From Nostoc sp. (lineage in GTDB: Bacteria > Cyanobacteriota > Cyanobacteriia > Cyanobacteriales > Nostocaceae), in assembly GCA_036918135.1 (NCBI GenBank), contig JBALDB010000011.1, forward strand, positions 128,001 to 192,000: a DNA stretch of 64,000 nt, given 5' to 3'. Numbering within the stretch: position 1 is the first letter of the stretch; each line of letters begins with the position of its first letter. This document shows positions 30,001 to 41,205 of the stretch, in pieces. A model generated the notes under the pieces. The model saw only the letters and a list, made by a program, of their open reading frames with translations. It was not told where the DNA came from and did no database searches. The position numbers and the translations under genes are program-made.

Positions 30001-31353
30001 CTAACGCCCTAGCTTATTAGGAATACTTTCACAACCACCGGGAATAGTATTTCTGGTTTTTTCGCCACCCCAAGCACAACAGTAGTGACGTGCAGACTCA
30101 GACATCCGTTGGACGTTAGTGAAATCGGCTTTTTCCACCACAGCGCCAGTATGTTCGCCTGTTTGATAATTTGGTGGTTCAGTACGACTGCGGGGTGATG
30201 CTTTATCTACTACTCCGTAGAATAGACGAACTCCGTTAAAGTCAGCACCACTGAGATTGGCATCATATAAAATAGTGCGGGAAAGGTTGGCTTTGACTAA
30301 GTCACAGTGCGCCAGATTAGCGCGGACAAGATTAGCTTCGCTCAAGTCAGTCCAACGCAAATCAGTCCCGGAAAGGTCTGCTGCTGCGAGTATTACGCCT
30401 AAATCGATCACACGCACACCTTCTAATCGGTCTTCGGCGTAACCACCCAGACCATCGAGAATGGCTCTACCTAATCGACGATCGCGTTTTAGGGGTGATA
30501 GCAACTTGGAACGTGAGAGAAAGCGAAGAATTTTCGCTTTTCCACTGCTATCAACACTACTTAGAATTGCCGCAGTGCGTCCTTCAGCGATCGCTCTTTC
30601 TTGAGGCCAATCTTCTAATAATCCTTCTTCATCTAATACTAAGTCGGAAACACCTTGAAAATAAGAATCAATTGTTTGCTGCTGGGTGATAATATTTTGC
30701 TGAACGGTCAGCAGATTTTGCTGAATTGTCAAGTCTTTAGAAATAACGTATTGTCGCCAAGCTACGTAAACGGCAATGATGGCGATCAGAATTTGTCCTA
30801 AAGCGGCAAACCAATCTGCTAAAGTTCCGGCAATATCCCAGCTAATTTGGCGTCCTAAAACAAGTAGGCGATCGTGTATACCTGTAAACTCGATCAAGCC
30901 GATGATGGCTATTATTAATCCCAAAAAGCCAACAAACAATGTCCGTTCTTGCGGTGAAAACCACTCCTCAAAAACTTCTATCAACCAAGGCAATAATATT
31001 GCTAGGGATAACACCAAAGTCACCAGTGTTCCGATCAGACCAACGATCCAGTTATTGAGAATTATTCCGCTCAAAGTGGTAGCGATCGCTAGGAAGATCA
31101 GCAGCAATGCTCTGGGCTTGACTGTGAATTGCTTGGCAATGGATTGTTTGAAGTCAGAACGAGCTTGTTTGAGAGCTGTTGTATTTTGCGAAGATTGCAA
31201 AGACGAAATAGTCGATAGGGCTTGTTGTGTTGCTAGTGCTTCTGAGGTGAGATGATTTTCAGTTGTACCATCATCAAAGTCATCTGGCTGCAAGTCGTGT
31301 TCTGGGATAGGTTCTGGGGTTGGTAGATTTGAGGAATTGGATTCAATCGTCAT
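30001..31353 (-). CDS. Membrane-anchored pentapeptide repeat protein
   Basis: Several TM helices followed by ADLSG/TDLRW/ANLVR/ANLSG repeats. Confidence 0.88.
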   Translation of the reverse strand: MTIESNSSNLPTPEPIPEHDLQPDDFDDGTTENHLTSEALATQQALSTISSLQSSQNTTALKQARSDFKQSIAKQFTVKPRALLLIFLAIATTLSGIILNNWIVGLIGTLVTLVLSLAILLPWLIEVFEEWFSPQERTLFVGFLGLIIAIIGLIEFTGIHDRLLVLGRQISWDIAGTLADWFAALGQILIAIIAVYVAWRQYVISKDLTIQQNLLTVQQNIITQQQTIDSYFQGVSDLVLDEEGLLEDWPQERAIAEGRTAAILSSVDSSGKAKILRFLSRSKLLSPLKRDRRLGRAILDGLGGYAEDRLEGVRVIDLGVILAAADLSGTDLRWTDLSEANLVRANLAHCDLVKANLSRTILYDANLSGADFNGVRLFYGVVDKASPRSRTEPPNYQTGEHTGAVVEKADFTNVQRMSESARHYCCAWGGEKTRNTIPGGCESIPNKLGR

Positions 31354-31609
31354 GTCTTCTATTTTGCCCCAGTTGATTCAGTTCAACATCTGTTTTATCA
31401 GAAATTGCCTGCACTTCTAGTCAGCGGTGTCAAATTTCCATTCGATTGCAAAATTGAATTGCGATCGCTCCACCATTAACTTAGTAAATAAATTGACAAT
31501 ACTGACTTTCTTGCTCGTGCTAGCAGCTGCTATTGACTCTTAATAAATGTACACATAACAAGTAGCTCGGTGTAAATATTTATGGTTGGGATGAGGCAGG
31601 AGGCAGGTG

Positions 31610-31682
31610 GTCACTGAGCGTAGTCGTTGGCGCAGCCTCTCGTAGAGAAGTAAGGCAGTGTTTCGACTACGCTCAACAACCA
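31610..31682. repeat. Small dispersed palindromic repeat cluster
   Basis: tgagcgtagtcg...cgactacgctca with an inner gcgcagcctctcgtagagaag module, also found inverted at about 57941-57961. Confidence 0.7.
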
Positions 31683-31837
31683 GGCAGGAGGTAAGAGAGT
31701 TTAAGCTAATTTAATTTTTCTTAACATAGTTTTGTTTTTTTACACCGTTCTACTTATTCAATTTTAATTCGATGCCTATTAGTTTCATATTTAGAACTGC
31801 TACCAATTCATAATAGGAATTAATATCAGTTCTATAT

Positions 31838-32461
31838 TTAGGAATTTACCAGCTGTCGGAAACGTTCCTGAATTTCCTGAATCGAAAATAATGCTTCAAA
31901 GTTCAACCCAGCTGACTGGTACAACTCTCCTCCCCCTTGGTGTCGATCTATCAATGCAATTACCTGATTAACGGTATAACCTGCTGCTTGAAGACGCTCA
32001 ACTGCTTTGAGAGCAGATTGCCCAGTTGTGACCACATCTTCTAAAACTACTATCTTTGCACCTTCTGGTAAATTGGGGCCTTCTATATAAGCTCTTGTTC
32101 CATACCCCTTGGCTTCTTTGCGAATAATCAGCGCTGGTATCGGTCGATTTTCATAAACCGAAACTACGCTCACTGCTGTAACAATTGGATCGGCACCCAT
32201 TGTTAAACCTGCTACAGCTTGCGTATCTTCAGGTAGCAAAGGAAACAATAACCGTCCAACTGCCAAAGCTCCTTGGGGGTGGAGTGTTACCTGCATCTTA
32301 TTTACGTAATAAGAACTACGTAGCCCAGAAGCAAGAACAAAATCACCCTCTTGATAAGCCAGTTGAGAAAATAAGTCTAAGAGCTTGTAGCGTAAGTTAG
32401 TCAAATCAGGAGTGGTTGCCCAAATATTTGAGTCAGTAAGAGTTTCAGTAGGATACGTCAT
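31838..32461 (-). CDS. pyrE: Orotate phosphoribosyltransferase
   Basis: FVLASG, RKEAKGYG and VLEDVVTTGQS motifs. Confidence 0.96.
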   Translation of the reverse strand: MTYPTETLTDSNIWATTPDLTNLRYKLLDLFSQLAYQEGDFVLASGLRSSYYVNKMQVTLHPQGALAVGRLLFPLLPEDTQAVAGLTMGADPIVTAVSVVSVYENRPIPALIIRKEAKGYGTRAYIEGPNLPEGAKIVVLEDVVTTGQSALKAVERLQAAGYTVNQVIALIDRHQGGGELYQSAGLNFEALFSIQEIQERFRQLVNS

Positions 32462-32562
32462 TACAAAACATTAAAAGTTGTGCTACACCAAAGGTTGAAC
32501 CGATCGGAGTTCTGAAATTAAGCATAAATTAAGATTCGCCAAAAATTTGAGGAGTAAGGAAC

Positions 32563-32979
32563 GTGGGTATAAAATTAAAAACCTTTGGTGGTTTATTAAT
32601 ACTGCTTGCTGCTGGTATTGGTTTTCCCTCTGTTGTAGCCGCTCAAACACAAACACCCAAGAGTCAAACTACAAATGATGTATTTGAACGGGCATTTTTT
32701 CAACACGATCGCAATTTTTATGAAAATGGCAGCCTCAAGCGTCAACTAGACTCATTCTTCGGATCTGGTTCGAGTTTTGGTGGTTCTTTTCCAGAAAATG
32801 AAATAGCCCGCGATGCTGAGTTGGTTAATACTTTATATCATGATGTCCTGACTCAGCAAGCAGGCAACGATCCATATATTCGCACTCCTGATTTACCAAA
32901 TCCTTATGACACATCGCTAATGATGTCTCCTCGCTTGAATGCCAACAAGCTCAAAGTTGGAACTGAATTCAAGTTTTAA
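32563..32979 (+). CDS. Hypothetical secreted protein
   Basis: GAGGAG Shine-Dalgarno, GTG start, signal peptide ending VAAQ. Confidence 0.75.
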   Translation: MGIKLKTFGGLLILLAAGIGFPSVVAAQTQTPKSQTTNDVFERAFFQHDRNFYENGSLKRQLDSFFGSGSSFGGSFPENEIARDAELVNTLYHDVLTQQAGNDPYIRTPDLPNPYDTSLMMSPRLNANKLKVGTEFKF

Positions 32980-33100
32980 ATACCACCTTGATAAGACTGA
33001 GAATGGGGAATCTAGGAAGGATGGAGTAGTAGGGTGAAATTATCTCCCCATCTTCCCATCTCCTGATGCCCCATATCCCTGTATTTTTTTAATAATTTAG

Positions 33101-33173
33101 TGCGCCCTGCTGGAATCGAACCAGCCTGAAGGCGAATTATGAGTTCGCTGCCTCCCCAATCGGCCAAAGGCGC
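33101..33173 (-). tRNA. tRNA with CAU anticodon, most likely tRNA-Ile2 (lysidine)
   Basis: Minus strand folds as acceptor GCGCCTT/AGGGCGC, anticodon arm GCGAA-CTCATAA-TTCGC, T arm GCTGG-TTCGATT-CCAGC. CCA is not encoded. Confidence 0.9.
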
Positions 33174-33469
33174 TTATTTTGTTGGGTTTAGAGTTGCTAT
33201 GAGCCAATTACTTAAACCCTGAAGTTAACTTTCTTTGCTAATTTTAGACTGAGGTATACTACCTTTGCCATCTTAATTTCAGCAAACCCTCTGATTTTAG
33301 CACAAATTTCTTGCCTGTGAATACTCGACAATAGTTTCCTAGATTTTTATACTACATAATCTAATCATGAAATAGTGCAAACTAATATTGGTTAAGTTGC
33401 TTTAAGGATTGAGGTGTAAAGCTTGATTCTTCTTAAAAACCAGCATTTTTGTGCGTTAGCTTGTCAGCA

Positions 33470-34171
33470 ATGAAAATAAATTCTACTGTACTTCTTACTT
33501 TGACCTTGTTATTCCTGATGTTGGGAGCAGGTTCTGTAAGCGCGTTTTTGGGGTTTGAATTGGGAAGTTCAGCACTTAAAGGCGTTACTACACCAGATGG
33601 GCGTCCCACAACTAAATTTGCCAGCACTAAAACAAATAATTCCCAACAGGGAGGGATAGCGTTATTAAAAGAGCAAGACATCCTGAAAATTGTTAAGGCG
33701 CGAATTGAGGGCAAGACCAAGGCTGCCAAATCCCAAAAGCTAGAGGAAGATGATGAAGAAACTAATACTAGCAAGCAAAAGCCAGAGGAAAAACCTCCAC
33801 AAGTGGTTGAAGAAAAACCGCAGCCAGGTTTTCCAGTGGTTGCTCAGAGTGAAGGCGTAACCATGTCTGTGCAATCTGCCCGTTACTCTGGTGGGGATTT
33901 GCTCCTGAAAGTAAAAATGCAGAACAAAGGTAAGGATTCTGTGCGCTTCTTGTATAGTTTTTTAGATGTTACCGATGATAAAGGACGAACCTTGAGCGCT
34001 AGTACAGAAGGTTTACCCACAGAATTGCCTGCCAATGGCCCAACATTTTCAGGTACAGTAAGTATTCCCACAGCTTTACTTGATGATGTTAAGAAAATAT
34101 CACTTGCTTTGACTGATTATCCTGCTCAAGAATTAAAACTAGAGGCGTCGAATATTCCTGTAGAAAGGTAG
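33470..34171 (+). CDS. Hypothetical membrane-anchored protein with a C-terminal beta-rich domain
   Basis: N-terminal TM, charged linker, beta-rich C-terminus. Confidence 0.75.
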   Translation: MKINSTVLLTLTLLFLMLGAGSVSAFLGFELGSSALKGVTTPDGRPTTKFASTKTNNSQQGGIALLKEQDILKIVKARIEGKTKAAKSQKLEEDDEETNTSKQKPEEKPPQVVEEKPQPGFPVVAQSEGVTMSVQSARYSGGDLLLKVKMQNKGKDSVRFLYSFLDVTDDKGRTLSASTEGLPTELPANGPTFSGTVSIPTALLDDVKKISLALTDYPAQELKLEASNIPVER

Positions 34172-34247
34172 AAGGGGTGTTGGGGACTGAGGACTAGGGA
34201 CTGAGAAATTCTTTTCTACTACCCAATACCCAGTCCCCAGTCCCCTT
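34172..34247. repeat. STRR heptamer repeats (inverted)
   Basis: gggactg/ggactag facing cccagtc/cccaata. Confidence 0.75.
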
Positions 34248-34249
34248 AA

Positions 34250-35650
34250 ATGGAGGACGTGAATTTTACACGAGCTTTGGCAGTGAGTGGTTTTTCTAAT
34301 TTAATTTGGACAGATGCAGGGCTGCGATTGTTGTCAGTTTTACTGCTGATTGCCATAAATGCCTTTTTTGTGACGGCAGAATTTTCGATGGTGAGCGTGC
34401 GGCGATCGCGTATTCACCAGCTAGTTAAGGCTGGGGATGTGCCAGCGCTTGCAGTAGAAATGCTTCAACGCAGTATTGACCGACTGCTATCTACCACCCA
34501 GTTAGGTATTACTCTCTCTAGTTTGGCTCTGGGATGGATTGGAGAAAGTACAATTGTTGTGCTGGTGAATGCATGGTTAAAATCCTGGCCTCTACCCAGT
34601 GGGATGACTACCTTCATTGCCCATTCTTTATCAATTCCCATCGCCTTTTTCTTAATTGCCTATTTGCAAATTGTTTTAGGAGAATTATGTCCTAAATCAT
34701 TAGCAATGCTGTATTCAGAACAGCTAGCTCGATTTTTAGGGCCTTCGATCAAAGCGATCGTGCGTTTTTTTAGCCCCTTCATTTGGATTCTCAACCAATC
34801 AACTCGTTGCTTATTGCGAATTTTTAGCATCCAATACACAGGTCAAGGCTGGAAGCCGCCTATCACCCCGGAAGAATTACAAGTGATTATCTCTACAGAA
34901 TGGGGGTCTACAGGTTTACAACGTGCAGAGCGAGAACTGCTAAATAATGTTTTTGAGTTTGGAGATGTGATGGCTCATGCTGTAATGATCCCCCGCACCA
35001 GCATTGTGGCGCTGCCAAAAGATGCTACCTTCGAGACATTACTCAAGGAAATGGCTACTACTGGTTACTCTCGCTATCCCGTCATTGGTGGGTCTTTGGA
35101 CGATGTTCGCGGCATTGTTTATTTTAAAGATTTGGCACAACCTTTAGCTGTAGGAAAGCTAACTTTAGAGACACAGATCCAACCTTGGATGCGTCCCGCT
35201 CGGTTTGTTCCAGAACACACGCCCTTGAGTGAACTATTGCCGATGATGCAGCAAGAGAAACCAGCTATGGTCATGGTAGTCAATGAATTTGGCGGTACTG
35301 TAGGACTGGTGACCATCAAAGATGTGATTGCCGAAATCATTGGCGACGCTAGCGAACCTGAAAACAACGACGATTTGCTAATTCAAATGTTGGATGAGCA
35401 GAAATTTTTGGTGCAAGCACAAATCAACCTCGAAGACCTCAACGAGGTTTTAGATCTCGATTTACCCTTGACAAGAGAATACCAAACACTGGGAGGTTTT
35501 TTGCTGTATCAATTACAGAAAATTCCTGTCAAAGGTGAAACCTTTTATTATCAAAATCTCGAATTCACTGTGATGTCAGTTATTGGGCCACGGCTGCATC
35601 AAATTCAACTGCGACGTTTAGAAGAGTTAGGAGTTAGGAATAACTCATAA
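34250..35650 (+). CDS. CNNM/hemolysin-family protein (DUF21-CBS-CorC)
   Basis: NAFFVTAEFS, TQLGIT, GELCPK, YSRYPV, NEFGG and TLGG motifs. Start may be GTG 34283. Confidence 0.92.
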   Translation: MEDVNFTRALAVSGFSNLIWTDAGLRLLSVLLLIAINAFFVTAEFSMVSVRRSRIHQLVKAGDVPALAVEMLQRSIDRLLSTTQLGITLSSLALGWIGESTIVVLVNAWLKSWPLPSGMTTFIAHSLSIPIAFFLIAYLQIVLGELCPKSLAMLYSEQLARFLGPSIKAIVRFFSPFIWILNQSTRCLLRIFSIQYTGQGWKPPITPEELQVIISTEWGSTGLQRAERELLNNVFEFGDVMAHAVMIPRTSIVALPKDATFETLLKEMATTGYSRYPVIGGSLDDVRGIVYFKDLAQPLAVGKLTLETQIQPWMRPARFVPEHTPLSELLPMMQQEKPAMVMVVNEFGGTVGLVTIKDVIAEIIGDASEPENNDDLLIQMLDEQKFLVQAQINLEDLNEVLDLDLPLTREYQTLGGFLLYQLQKIPVKGETFYYQNLEFTVMSVIGPRLHQIQLRRLEELGVRNNS

Positions 35651-35651
35651 C

Positions 35652-36332
35652 TCAAGAAGCATACGTTAGCGGATCGACGAGTCCCAATTCGGCAAAAGCT
35701 GCTAGCCGCAAACGACAAGAATCACACACACCGCAGGCGACATCACCACCAGCATAGCAAGACCAAGTTAGTTCCCAAGGAACTCCCAATTGGTTACCTA
35801 GTTGAATGATTTCAGTTTTTTTTAGATTAATCAGGGGTGGAACAATCTCAATTGGTTGTCCCTCACGTCCTTGTTTAGTTCCCAGCCGAAAAACTTCTTG
35901 CATGGCTTGGATATAATCGGGGCGACAGTCAGGATATCCTGAGTAATCTAAGGCATTGACGCCGATATAGACACGCTCAGCTGCGATCGCTTCGGCGTAA
36001 CTCAGGGCAAAGCTTAAAAATATTGTATTACGAGCCGGAACATAAGTAACAGGAATATTTTGAGCCATTTGATCCAGGGTACGCTCCTGAGGTAAATCAA
36101 TAGTATCGTCTGTAAGTGCCGAACCACCCCATTGTCGTAAATCAAAATTAACCACCTGATGTTTTACGATCCCAGCTTTTTGAGCAATCAGGACGGCTGA
36201 GTGTAACTCTCGTCGGTGTCGCTGCCGATAATCAAAAGAAATAGCATAACATTCACAACCATCTTCTATCTTCGCTTTGTACAAAATTGTGGAAGAGTCC
36301 AATCCCCCAGATAACAAAATTACGGCTTTCAT
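35652..36332 (-). CDS. queC: 7-cyano-7-deazaguanine synthase
   Basis: SGGLDS, YVPARN, YPDCR and CGVCDSC motifs. Confidence 0.97.
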   Translation of the reverse strand: MKAVILLSGGLDSSTILYKAKIEDGCECYAISFDYRQRHRRELHSAVLIAQKAGIVKHQVVNFDLRQWGGSALTDDTIDLPQERTLDQMAQNIPVTYVPARNTIFLSFALSYAEAIAAERVYIGVNALDYSGYPDCRPDYIQAMQEVFRLGTKQGREGQPIEIVPPLINLKKTEIIQLGNQLGVPWELTWSCYAGGDVACGVCDSCRLRLAAFAELGLVDPLTYAS

Positions 36333-37010
36333 ATCGCTTGTAAATTTTGGATTTCAAATTGCCAAAGACACTCTTAACTTCTGTGAGTGATTGGGAACAC
36401 CTTTGCACCCTAGATATTCCAACAAACAATCCATACCAGTTTCTCTTAAAAAGCGGTGTGATGTCTTCTCTTGTGTGCTAGAGACTACACCAATGAGACG
36501 CTCTTGCTAGCTTACTTCTTTGCAGGAGTATGACAAGACACGAACTGTCTACGATAGATGCTGCAAATAATCATCCAAAAATCGTTTCCGGTAATCAGTG
36601 GTAGTAATTCTCAATACCATTTTTTATCAAAAAAAGCATAAGTATTACTCGTCTATTATTTTGTAATTTTAATACTCTCAATTGGATATCGAGCTACTAA
36701 TTAATTGTCTAACTGCAACCTTAAGGAAAATCCAAGCACAAGAAACTGACCCTTAGAATTTTCCAGAATTTATACTTAATTCTTACCGAATATTCTAAAG
36801 TTAATAAAAAGACACACATTTTTTTCTATAAAATGCAAAATGCAAACCAAAGCCGAAGTATCCATACAAAAGATAGCTGGATTACGGGAACCGATCGCAA
36901 ACTTTGAAATTCTTCATAAACATAGCCTCTATGTTACCATCTGGATGGTTTTAGACGGATCGTAACTGGCTTTTTTTGTATAAACGCCAACGGCCGTAGC
37001 GTCTCTAAAT

Positions 37011-38117
37011 TTGGTGGTTGAGGAGAGAATAATAGTGCAAAATAGCATGTCACTGGCAGAACCGAATCCATATACACAGCGCAACCAGCCACGACCAATC
37101 CGCATAGGCGTGATTGGGGTGGGTAACATGGGACAACACCACGCTCGCGTCTTGAGTTCAATGAAAGATGTTGAACTAGTCGGCGTGGCAGATATTAACG
37201 TCGAACGAGGGTTAGAAACTGCCAGCAAGTACAAAGTGCGTTTTTTTGAAGACTACTGTGACTTGCTACCCCTGGTGGAAGCAGTTTGTATTGCTGTTCC
37301 CACCCGTTTGCATTACGCCGTGGGCATTAGCTGTTTGTTAGCGGGAATTCATGTTTTAATTGAAAAACCGATCGCAGCCAGTATTTCTGAAGCAGAATCC
37401 CTAGTAAATGCTGCTGCTGAGTCTCAATGTATCCTCCAAGTAGGTCATATCGAGCGCTTCAATCCAGCATTTAGGGAACTTAGCCAAGTGCTAAAAACAG
37501 AAGAATTACTGGCATTAGAAGCCCACCGCATGAGTCCTTACTCAGATCGAGCAAACGATGTTTCGGTTGTCCTGGATTTAATGATTCATGACATTGATTT
37601 ACTTCTAGAATTAGCAGCTTCCCCAGTGACCAAACTGACCGCTAGCGGTAGCCGTGCCCTAGATTCCGGTTATTTAGATTACGTAACTGCCACTTTGGGC
37701 TTTGCTAATGGTATAGTCGCTACCCTTACTGCCAGTAAAGTCACTCACCGCAAAATTCGCCGGATTGTTGCCCACTGCAAAAATTCATTTACTGAGGCAG
37801 ATTTTCTCAAGAATGAAATTTTGATCCACCGACAAACAAATCCTAACTCTCTTACCGACCATCGACAACTACTTTACAGGCAGGATGGCGTGATTGAAAA
37901 AGTCTACACTAGCAATGTTCAACCTCTGAGTGCAGAATTAGAACATTTTGTCAACTGCGTACACGGTGGCAATCAACCCTCAGTAGGTGGCGAACAAGCT
38001 CTCAAAGCCTTGAGATTGGCCAGTTTAATTGAGCAGATGGCACTGGAAGAAAGAGTTTGGAATCCTTTAGACTGGCAATCGGAACCAAGAGTACAATCAT
38101 TGACGCCGACAGTCTAG
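37011..38117 (+). CDS. Gfo/Idh/MocA family oxidoreductase
   Basis: GVGNMG, EKPI, GHIERFNP and DLMIHDID motifs. True start probably about 37035-37047. Confidence 0.92.
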   Translation: MVVEERIIVQNSMSLAEPNPYTQRNQPRPIRIGVIGVGNMGQHHARVLSSMKDVELVGVADINVERGLETASKYKVRFFEDYCDLLPLVEAVCIAVPTRLHYAVGISCLLAGIHVLIEKPIAASISEAESLVNAAAESQCILQVGHIERFNPAFRELSQVLKTEELLALEAHRMSPYSDRANDVSVVLDLMIHDIDLLLELAASPVTKLTASGSRALDSGYLDYVTATLGFANGIVATLTASKVTHRKIRRIVAHCKNSFTEADFLKNEILIHRQTNPNSLTDHRQLLYRQDGVIEKVYTSNVQPLSAELEHFVNCVHGGNQPSVGGEQALKALRLASLIEQMALEERVWNPLDWQSEPRVQSLTPTV

Positions 38118-38691
38118 AACCAGAGGAGCTTCAGGTGCTTCCGGGGCAGGATAAAAGAGGAGCAGCGAAGCACAGAAGTACAGGGCAGGGAGGCTTCAGG
38201 GGAGAATAAACTCTTAACTCCTCATCAGAGCAAAGCTTTCCTGGCTTTGCTCCTAACTCAGCACTCCTAATGTCCCAATACCTAATTTTCAGAACAGAAC
38301 CCTAAAGTATATTTTTAAATTTGTCATAAAATCTTTCGATCCTCCCTAGCCCTTTTAAAAAGCAAGCTAAAGAGGATCTAATTAATTAGAAAACAAAACC
38401 TAGCTTCTATATCTCTAATTCTGTTATTAGTTGCAAGACTAATTTTTAGTGTAACTGAGTTATGTTGACTCTAATGAGGACAGATAGTTACAGCAGTTTG
38501 CCAGTAAGTAGGTAAGTGCGGTACAAAACCCAAAACTCAAAATTAAATATACAGAGTTTTGTGGCTTTTGCCTCCTGGCTCAAAACCTCTAACATTGTAC
38601 TTCATACTAAACAAAATTGCTCTAAATTTTGAGAAAGCTAATGTTGAATTTAGTAAAAAAATAAGTACAGTAATTTTTAGGGATCGACTCA

Positions 38692-39315
38692 ATGCTTGAA
38701 TGGATAACTAATACTATCAACTCTTTGGGCTATTGGGGAATCGCCCTACTGATGTTTCTAGAAAACCTCTTTCCCCCTATTCCTTCAGAATTGATTATGC
38801 CACTGGCTGGATTTACGGCAAGTCCATATCAACCAGGAGGGGCAAAGCTCAATTTGATTGGTGTGTTTTTTGCAGGACTTTTGGGTTCTGTATTAGGGGC
38901 ACTTATTTGGTACTATCCAGGTAAGTTTTTGGGCGAAAAGCGTTTGAAAGCTTGGGCTGACAAATATGGGAAATGGCTGGCTATATCTAGTAAAGATATT
39001 ACTAAGGCTAAAAGCTGGTTTGACCGACAAGGTAGCAAAGCAGTATTGATTGGTCGTCTTGTACCAGGAATCCGTACTTTGATTTCTGTTCCGGCAGGAA
39101 TCGGCAATATGCACTTGTTGCCATTTGTGTTTTATACAACCTTAGGTAGCGCAGCTTGGGTGGGTTTGCTAACATACTCAGGATATATATTGGGTAGTCA
39201 GTATGAACTTGTGGATAAGTATCTTGCTCCTGTGTCCAAAATTGTGCTTGGGGGTTTGGTTTTAGCATTTGTTTTCTGGATATTCAAGCAGCAACTCAGG
39301 CGCACCAGAAGATAA
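38692..39315 (+). CDS. DedA family membrane protein
   Basis: ENLFPPIPSE and GRLVPGIRTLISVPAG motifs. Confidence 0.93.
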   Translation: MLEWITNTINSLGYWGIALLMFLENLFPPIPSELIMPLAGFTASPYQPGGAKLNLIGVFFAGLLGSVLGALIWYYPGKFLGEKRLKAWADKYGKWLAISSKDITKAKSWFDRQGSKAVLIGRLVPGIRTLISVPAGIGNMHLLPFVFYTTLGSAAWVGLLTYSGYILGSQYELVDKYLAPVSKIVLGGLVLAFVFWIFKQQLRRTRR

Positions 39316-39532
39316 ACAGAGGTACTTTTGGTTTGAAAGCAGTGAAAGCAGGGGTTACATCTGGCCAAAATTCGCCTACACTATGCCAAATAATACTAGA
39401 TGTGCAATTGCCAGAATTAATTTTTGGCGTATTTCTAGCTACACTTGACGCAACCTAGAATTTCTGGTTGCTCGCATTTTTGTAAGATGAGCATGACAAC
39501 TTTTTACAGTTAAGTTAGAACTAGGAGCTTTC

Positions 39533-40681
39533 ATGACAGACCAACCTTCCGCCGCCACCCCCATTAATGCCGCTGCCATACCCATGAATAGAGTATCGGC
39601 ATCGACTCCCATAAATGCTGTTAATCCTGCAAAGCCAGCGACAACTTCAGGCAAAACCATTCTCAGTGTTGATTTAGGTAGAACTTCTACAAAGACTTGT
39701 GTGAGTCGCGAACCCGGTAGTGTAGTGTTTGTACCTGCCAACGTCAAGCAGATGTCAATAGAACAGGTACGCGGTGGTGTATTTGAAGCCCGCGCTACTG
39801 ACCCTTTGATGGATTTGTGGCTGGAATATCAAGGCAATGGATATGCTGTAGGTCAGTTAGCAGCAGATTTTGGAGCGAATTTAGGAGTAGGGCAATCTAA
39901 GGTAGAGGCTGCACTGATAAAAGTGCTAGCAAGTGCTGGCTACTTCAAACTCAAAGACGATATTTCAGTTGTCTTGGGTCTGCCTTTTCTTTCTTTAGAG
40001 CAATTTGAAAAGGAAAAAGCACAGTTAATCAGCCAAGTAGGTGGCCCTCATGTGTTAAACTTCCGAGGCGAATCTGTGTCCTTGAACGTCAATAAGGTTT
40101 GGGTGATGCCAGAAGGCTACGGCAGCTTACTATGGTCTGAAGCTCAACCGAAGAAAAGCCCCGGCAGTCCCGATTTTACAAAAATATCGGTAGCGATCGT
40201 TGATATCGGGCATCAAACTGTCGATCTTTTGATGGTAGATAACTTCCGCTTTGCCAGAGGTGCTTCTAAGAGTGAAGACTTCGGGATGAATAAGTTTTAT
40301 GAATTGGTGGCTGCCGAAATTGAGGGAGCGGATAGTCAATCTCTAGCCTTAATTTCTGCTGTTAACAAACCCAAGGGCGAACGCTTTTACCGTCCAAAAG
40401 GCGCTAGCAAGCCAACCAACCTAGACGATTTTCTGCCGAATCTCACAGAAATGTTTTCCCGGGAAATTTGCAGCCGTGTGCTAGCCTGGTTGCCAGAACG
40501 CGTCACCGATGTGATTCTCACTGGTGGGGGCGGTGAATTTTTCTGGGAAGATGTTCAACGTCTGCTCAAAGAAGCAAAGATTAATGCTCATTTATCTGCA
40601 CCTTCCCGGCAGGCGAATGCTTTAGGGCAGTATATTTATGGAGAGGCGCAATTGTCCGCCGTTCGCGCTGCTAGGGCTTAA
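39533..40681 (+). CDS. parM: ParM/StbA-family actin-like ATPase (chromosomal; CorM-like)
   Basis: Actin-fold motifs VDLGRTSTK, MPEGYG, VDIGHQTVD and LTGGGG; AGGAG Shine-Dalgarno. Confidence 0.88.
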   Translation: MTDQPSAATPINAAAIPMNRVSASTPINAVNPAKPATTSGKTILSVDLGRTSTKTCVSREPGSVVFVPANVKQMSIEQVRGGVFEARATDPLMDLWLEYQGNGYAVGQLAADFGANLGVGQSKVEAALIKVLASAGYFKLKDDISVVLGLPFLSLEQFEKEKAQLISQVGGPHVLNFRGESVSLNVNKVWVMPEGYGSLLWSEAQPKKSPGSPDFTKISVAIVDIGHQTVDLLMVDNFRFARGASKSEDFGMNKFYELVAAEIEGADSQSLALISAVNKPKGERFYRPKGASKPTNLDDFLPNLTEMFSREICSRVLAWLPERVTDVILTGGGGEFFWEDVQRLLKEAKINAHLSAPSRQANALGQYIYGEAQLSAVRAARA

Positions 40682-40686
40682 AACTA

Positions 40687-41166
40687 ATGTTCCAATGGTC
40701 AAAAAAGGTAGTTAAATCCGTCACGTTCAACCCAGGGCTTGCTGATGAAAGCTTATTAGCACAAGTGGAAAGTTATTTGGAGAAACAACCCGACAAAACT
40801 TTCAGTGACCTATGTAAAGAAGCCCTGTGGCAATCCTTGTGTGTACCGGAATCTGTACGACCTGCTCCAAAAACAGCAGCAACAACACCGATTGAACAAC
40901 AAATCGGGGAGCTGCAACGTCAAGTAGCTGGCCTTGAGGAACGTTTTTTTGTCAAGGGATCTAATCGTTTGGAGGCGATGGAACACCACCTACTACAACT
41001 TTCTCAACAAGTTGCACAACTGGCACTCATAGTCAATGAGCGATCGCTAATTCAGTCTCCAACTCCAGTAGAAGTAGTAAATAATACTTCTTATACTGTT
41101 CCTGCCCCTCCTCAAGAGGTTGACCCTGTAATCAGTCGCCTTAGTCAGTTTCTCGACGATTTTTAA
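40687..41166 (+). CDS. parR: ParR-like partner protein (CorR-like)
   Basis: Starts 5 bp after parM; RHH-like KSVTF...FSDLCKEAL segment, coiled coil, C-terminal helix DPVISRLSQFLDDF. Confidence 0.7.
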   Translation: MFQWSKKVVKSVTFNPGLADESLLAQVESYLEKQPDKTFSDLCKEALWQSLCVPESVRPAPKTAATTPIEQQIGELQRQVAGLEERFFVKGSNRLEAMEHHLLQLSQQVAQLALIVNERSLIQSPTPVEVVNNTSYTVPAPPQEVDPVISRLSQFLDDF

Positions 41167-41205
41167 GAAAAAATCAAGTTTTTGAGCAGTTTTTGCTCCT
41201 GTCAT

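Noticed and set aside
33101..33173. tRNA as an integration site, or as initiator tRNA-Met
   Set aside because: No integrase or duplicated 3' end is nearby. It lacks the GGG/CCC anticodon stem and the 1:72 mismatch of fMet tRNA.
36333..36600. preQ1 riboswitch upstream of queC
   Set aside because: No recognisable stem plus A-rich tail; the region contains a dispersed repeat instead.
39316..39532. parC centromere upstream of parM
   Set aside because: No array of short direct repeats is visible by eye, though a motif search could still reveal a degenerate one.
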